From IMG/VR virus record IMGVR_UViG_3300034082_001974: a DNA stretch of 27,892 nt. One strand, 5' to 3'. The position numbers and the translations under genes are program-made. Below, in pieces: positions 26,675 to 27,892 of the stretch; position 1 is the first letter of the stretch, and the number at the start of each line of letters is the position of its first letter. The notes beneath the pieces were generated by a model. It was not told the origin of the DNA. It searched no databases and saw only the letters and a list, made by a program, of their open reading frames with translations. This DNA comes from a virus. Taxonomy: Duplodnaviria; Heunggongvirae; Uroviricota; Caudoviricetes.

Positions 26675-26781
26675 AAGATTAACTGCAGAACTATCAGGTT
26701 AAAAGTTGCCTTAAAATCAGTTCATTTTTCAATGACTATATTACAACTGCCATTTTTATTGGAGTATTTTAAATATTTATG
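26675..26781 (-). pseudogene. Decayed duplicate of the promoter and 5' end of the BppU/LtfC-like gene (20951..21077)
   Basis: Aligns with 20951..21077; the promoter-leader-ATG part matches at 31/37 nt. Two 10-nt deletions frameshift it (ancestral MAV...NIVIEK.TDFKATF...PDSSAVNL). Confidence 0.85.
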
Positions 26782-27427
26782 TGAAAGTAAAATATACTGA
26801 TGCCAATGCATTATTAGATGTACTAGTAGTTGTACTTACTGTTCCATTTGCAGGAATTTGATTATAATTATAAATTAGATATCTTACATATTGATTTGGA
26901 CTATTAGAAATTTCATTCATAGTAATTCCTGTTACGGTTCTATTTGGTGTAGTGGAACTAGATGACCATTGTGCAGCAGAAATTATTGGACTTTGGGCAG
27001 CAGACATTGTAATAGACTGTGAACTTAAAGTTGAATCACTTATTTGAACATTAGCAGTATATGAAATTTGACTTATCTCAAAATTTGGTCTAAAAACAAT
27101 TATAGTTTTTGATGATCCTCCACCCAGTCCGAGAGTAGGAAATGTCATTCCAGTGACACTATCAACTGAAGTTAATTTTGAATATGATCCTATTATTCTA
27201 GAATTTAAATCATTTGCGTTTGCAAAACTAGTCCAATTTGTTGGAATAACAGTAGAAGGATCTATTAGGAATATAAATCCAGATGTGGCAACATCAAATA
27301 ATATAGCAAAATCTCCAACTTGGGATCCACTTGGTAAAGCAATATTAGGTGTATCATTCACAGTTGAGGATCCAACAAAAGTAAATGTCTTTGATAATGA
27401 AGAAAATAAACTTTGCATTATAGACAT
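26777..27427 (-). CDS. Ser/Thr-rich beta-sandwich protein, putative fibre-tip/adhesin partner
   Basis: 216 aa starting MSIMQSLF one base after the fibre stop; LPSGSQVGD.AILFD...P..WT motifs are typical of fibre-associated domains. Confidence 0.6.
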   Translation of the reverse strand: MSIMQSLFSSLSKTFTFVGSSTVNDTPNIALPSGSQVGDFAILFDVATSGFIFLIDPSTVIPTNWTSFANANDLNSRIIGSYSKLTSVDSVTGMTFPTLGLGGGSSKTIIVFRPNFEISQISYTANVQISDSTLSSQSITMSAAQSPIISAAQWSSSSTTPNRTVTGITMNEISNSPNQYVRYLIYNYNQIPANGTVSTTTSTSNNALASVYFTFT

Positions 27428-27428
27428 A

Positions 27429-27892
27429 TCAAGTTACTCCTGCTCCAGAAATAGCAAATACATTACTTGAGATACATATGATAGTTGATAGTGCATATTG
27501 AGAAAGATAGCGAGTTCCAGTTAATCCAGTTCCGGCAAGCCTCATAGTGACTCCAGAACCAACAAAAACTGTTTTTGCTGTCCCAGTATTATTAAAAATA
27601 GTAATTGCATCTCCAGAACTAAAAATATTAGAAGGGACAGTCACCCCTACACCAGCAGTAATATTTACGTGTTTTCCGACATCTGTAATTGCGAGAGTAT
27701 AAGTATCCGATTGTGAATTTTGAGGAATTGCACGAACATTTCCACTTATATCTCTTATTGAACTCGCAGTAATTATTCCAGATGTTGCATTAATTCCAGA
27801 AGAATTAATAGTAATTGCCGATCCAATAACTACTGATGATGCTGTTACAATACCAGCAAAGTTTCCATTGGTTGCTGTTATATTATTTACAT
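27429..27892 (-). CDS. Tail fibre C-terminal part (5' end outside window)
   Basis: The frame is open from 27890: ...GIVTASS...GNVRAIPQNSQSDTYTLAITDVGKHVNITAGVGVTVPSNIFSSGDAITIFNN...GSGVTMRLAG...ISGAGVT. The track's 27644 start is an internal GTG. Confidence 0.8.
   Translation of the reverse strand, partial: VNNITATNGNFAGIVTASSVVIGSAITINSSGINATSGIITASSIRDISGNVRAIPQNSQSDTYTLAITDVGKHVNITAGVGVTVPSNIFSSGDAITIFNNTGTAKTVFVGSGVTMRLAGTGLTGTRYLSQYALSTIICISSNVFAISGAGVT

Noticed and set aside
1-27892. Bacterial LPS/capsule locus or eukaryotic origin (RCC1, collagen, sulfotransferase)
   Set aside because: Intron-free, tightly coupled single-strand genes with S74 chaperones, phage fibre motifs and T4-type late promoters indicate a phage.
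1-27892. tRNA, rRNA, Rho-independent terminators, integrase or transposase
   Set aside because: No cloverleaf, rRNA-like segment, GC-rich hairpin plus U-tract or recombinase motif was seen; intergenic gaps are mostly under 60 nt.

Overview
AT-rich phage DNA in which every credible gene lies on the minus strand. It looks like the tail-fibre/accessory structural region of a T4-like myophage resembling freshwater cyanomyoviruses, based on conserved small structural genes and about ten (A/C)TAAATA late-promoter motifs; the taxonomy is inferred, not searched. The window holds at least eight fibre/adhesin-like genes, including two with Pro-poor Gly-X-Gln collagen, two with S74-type chaperone C-termini, two with Mtd_N-like N-termini and one with a G8/beta-helix-like architecture. 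It also holds three paralogous RCC1 beta-propeller genes built from near-identical 153-bp units, and two clusters of glycan/protein-modifying enzymes (TPR-GT-B, GT-like proteins, CxxCxxCC protein; sulfotransferase, GT9-like, methyltransferase, GT2, GT-A). Three signals stand out. (1) The RCC1 repeats have an almost invariant scaffold but hypervariable loop codons that are all NNT at four loop positions, and they are mosaics that share segments within and between genes (90 bp identical), suggesting a repeat-shuffling receptor-diversification system with no reverse transcriptase in the window. (2) An operon resembling protein-glycosylation machinery is embedded among virion genes. (3) A ~5.6-kb fibre-plus-glycan cassette is bounded by a decayed duplicate of its neighbouring gene and headed by a probable homing-endonuclease relic. 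No rRNA, tRNA or CRISPR array was seen.
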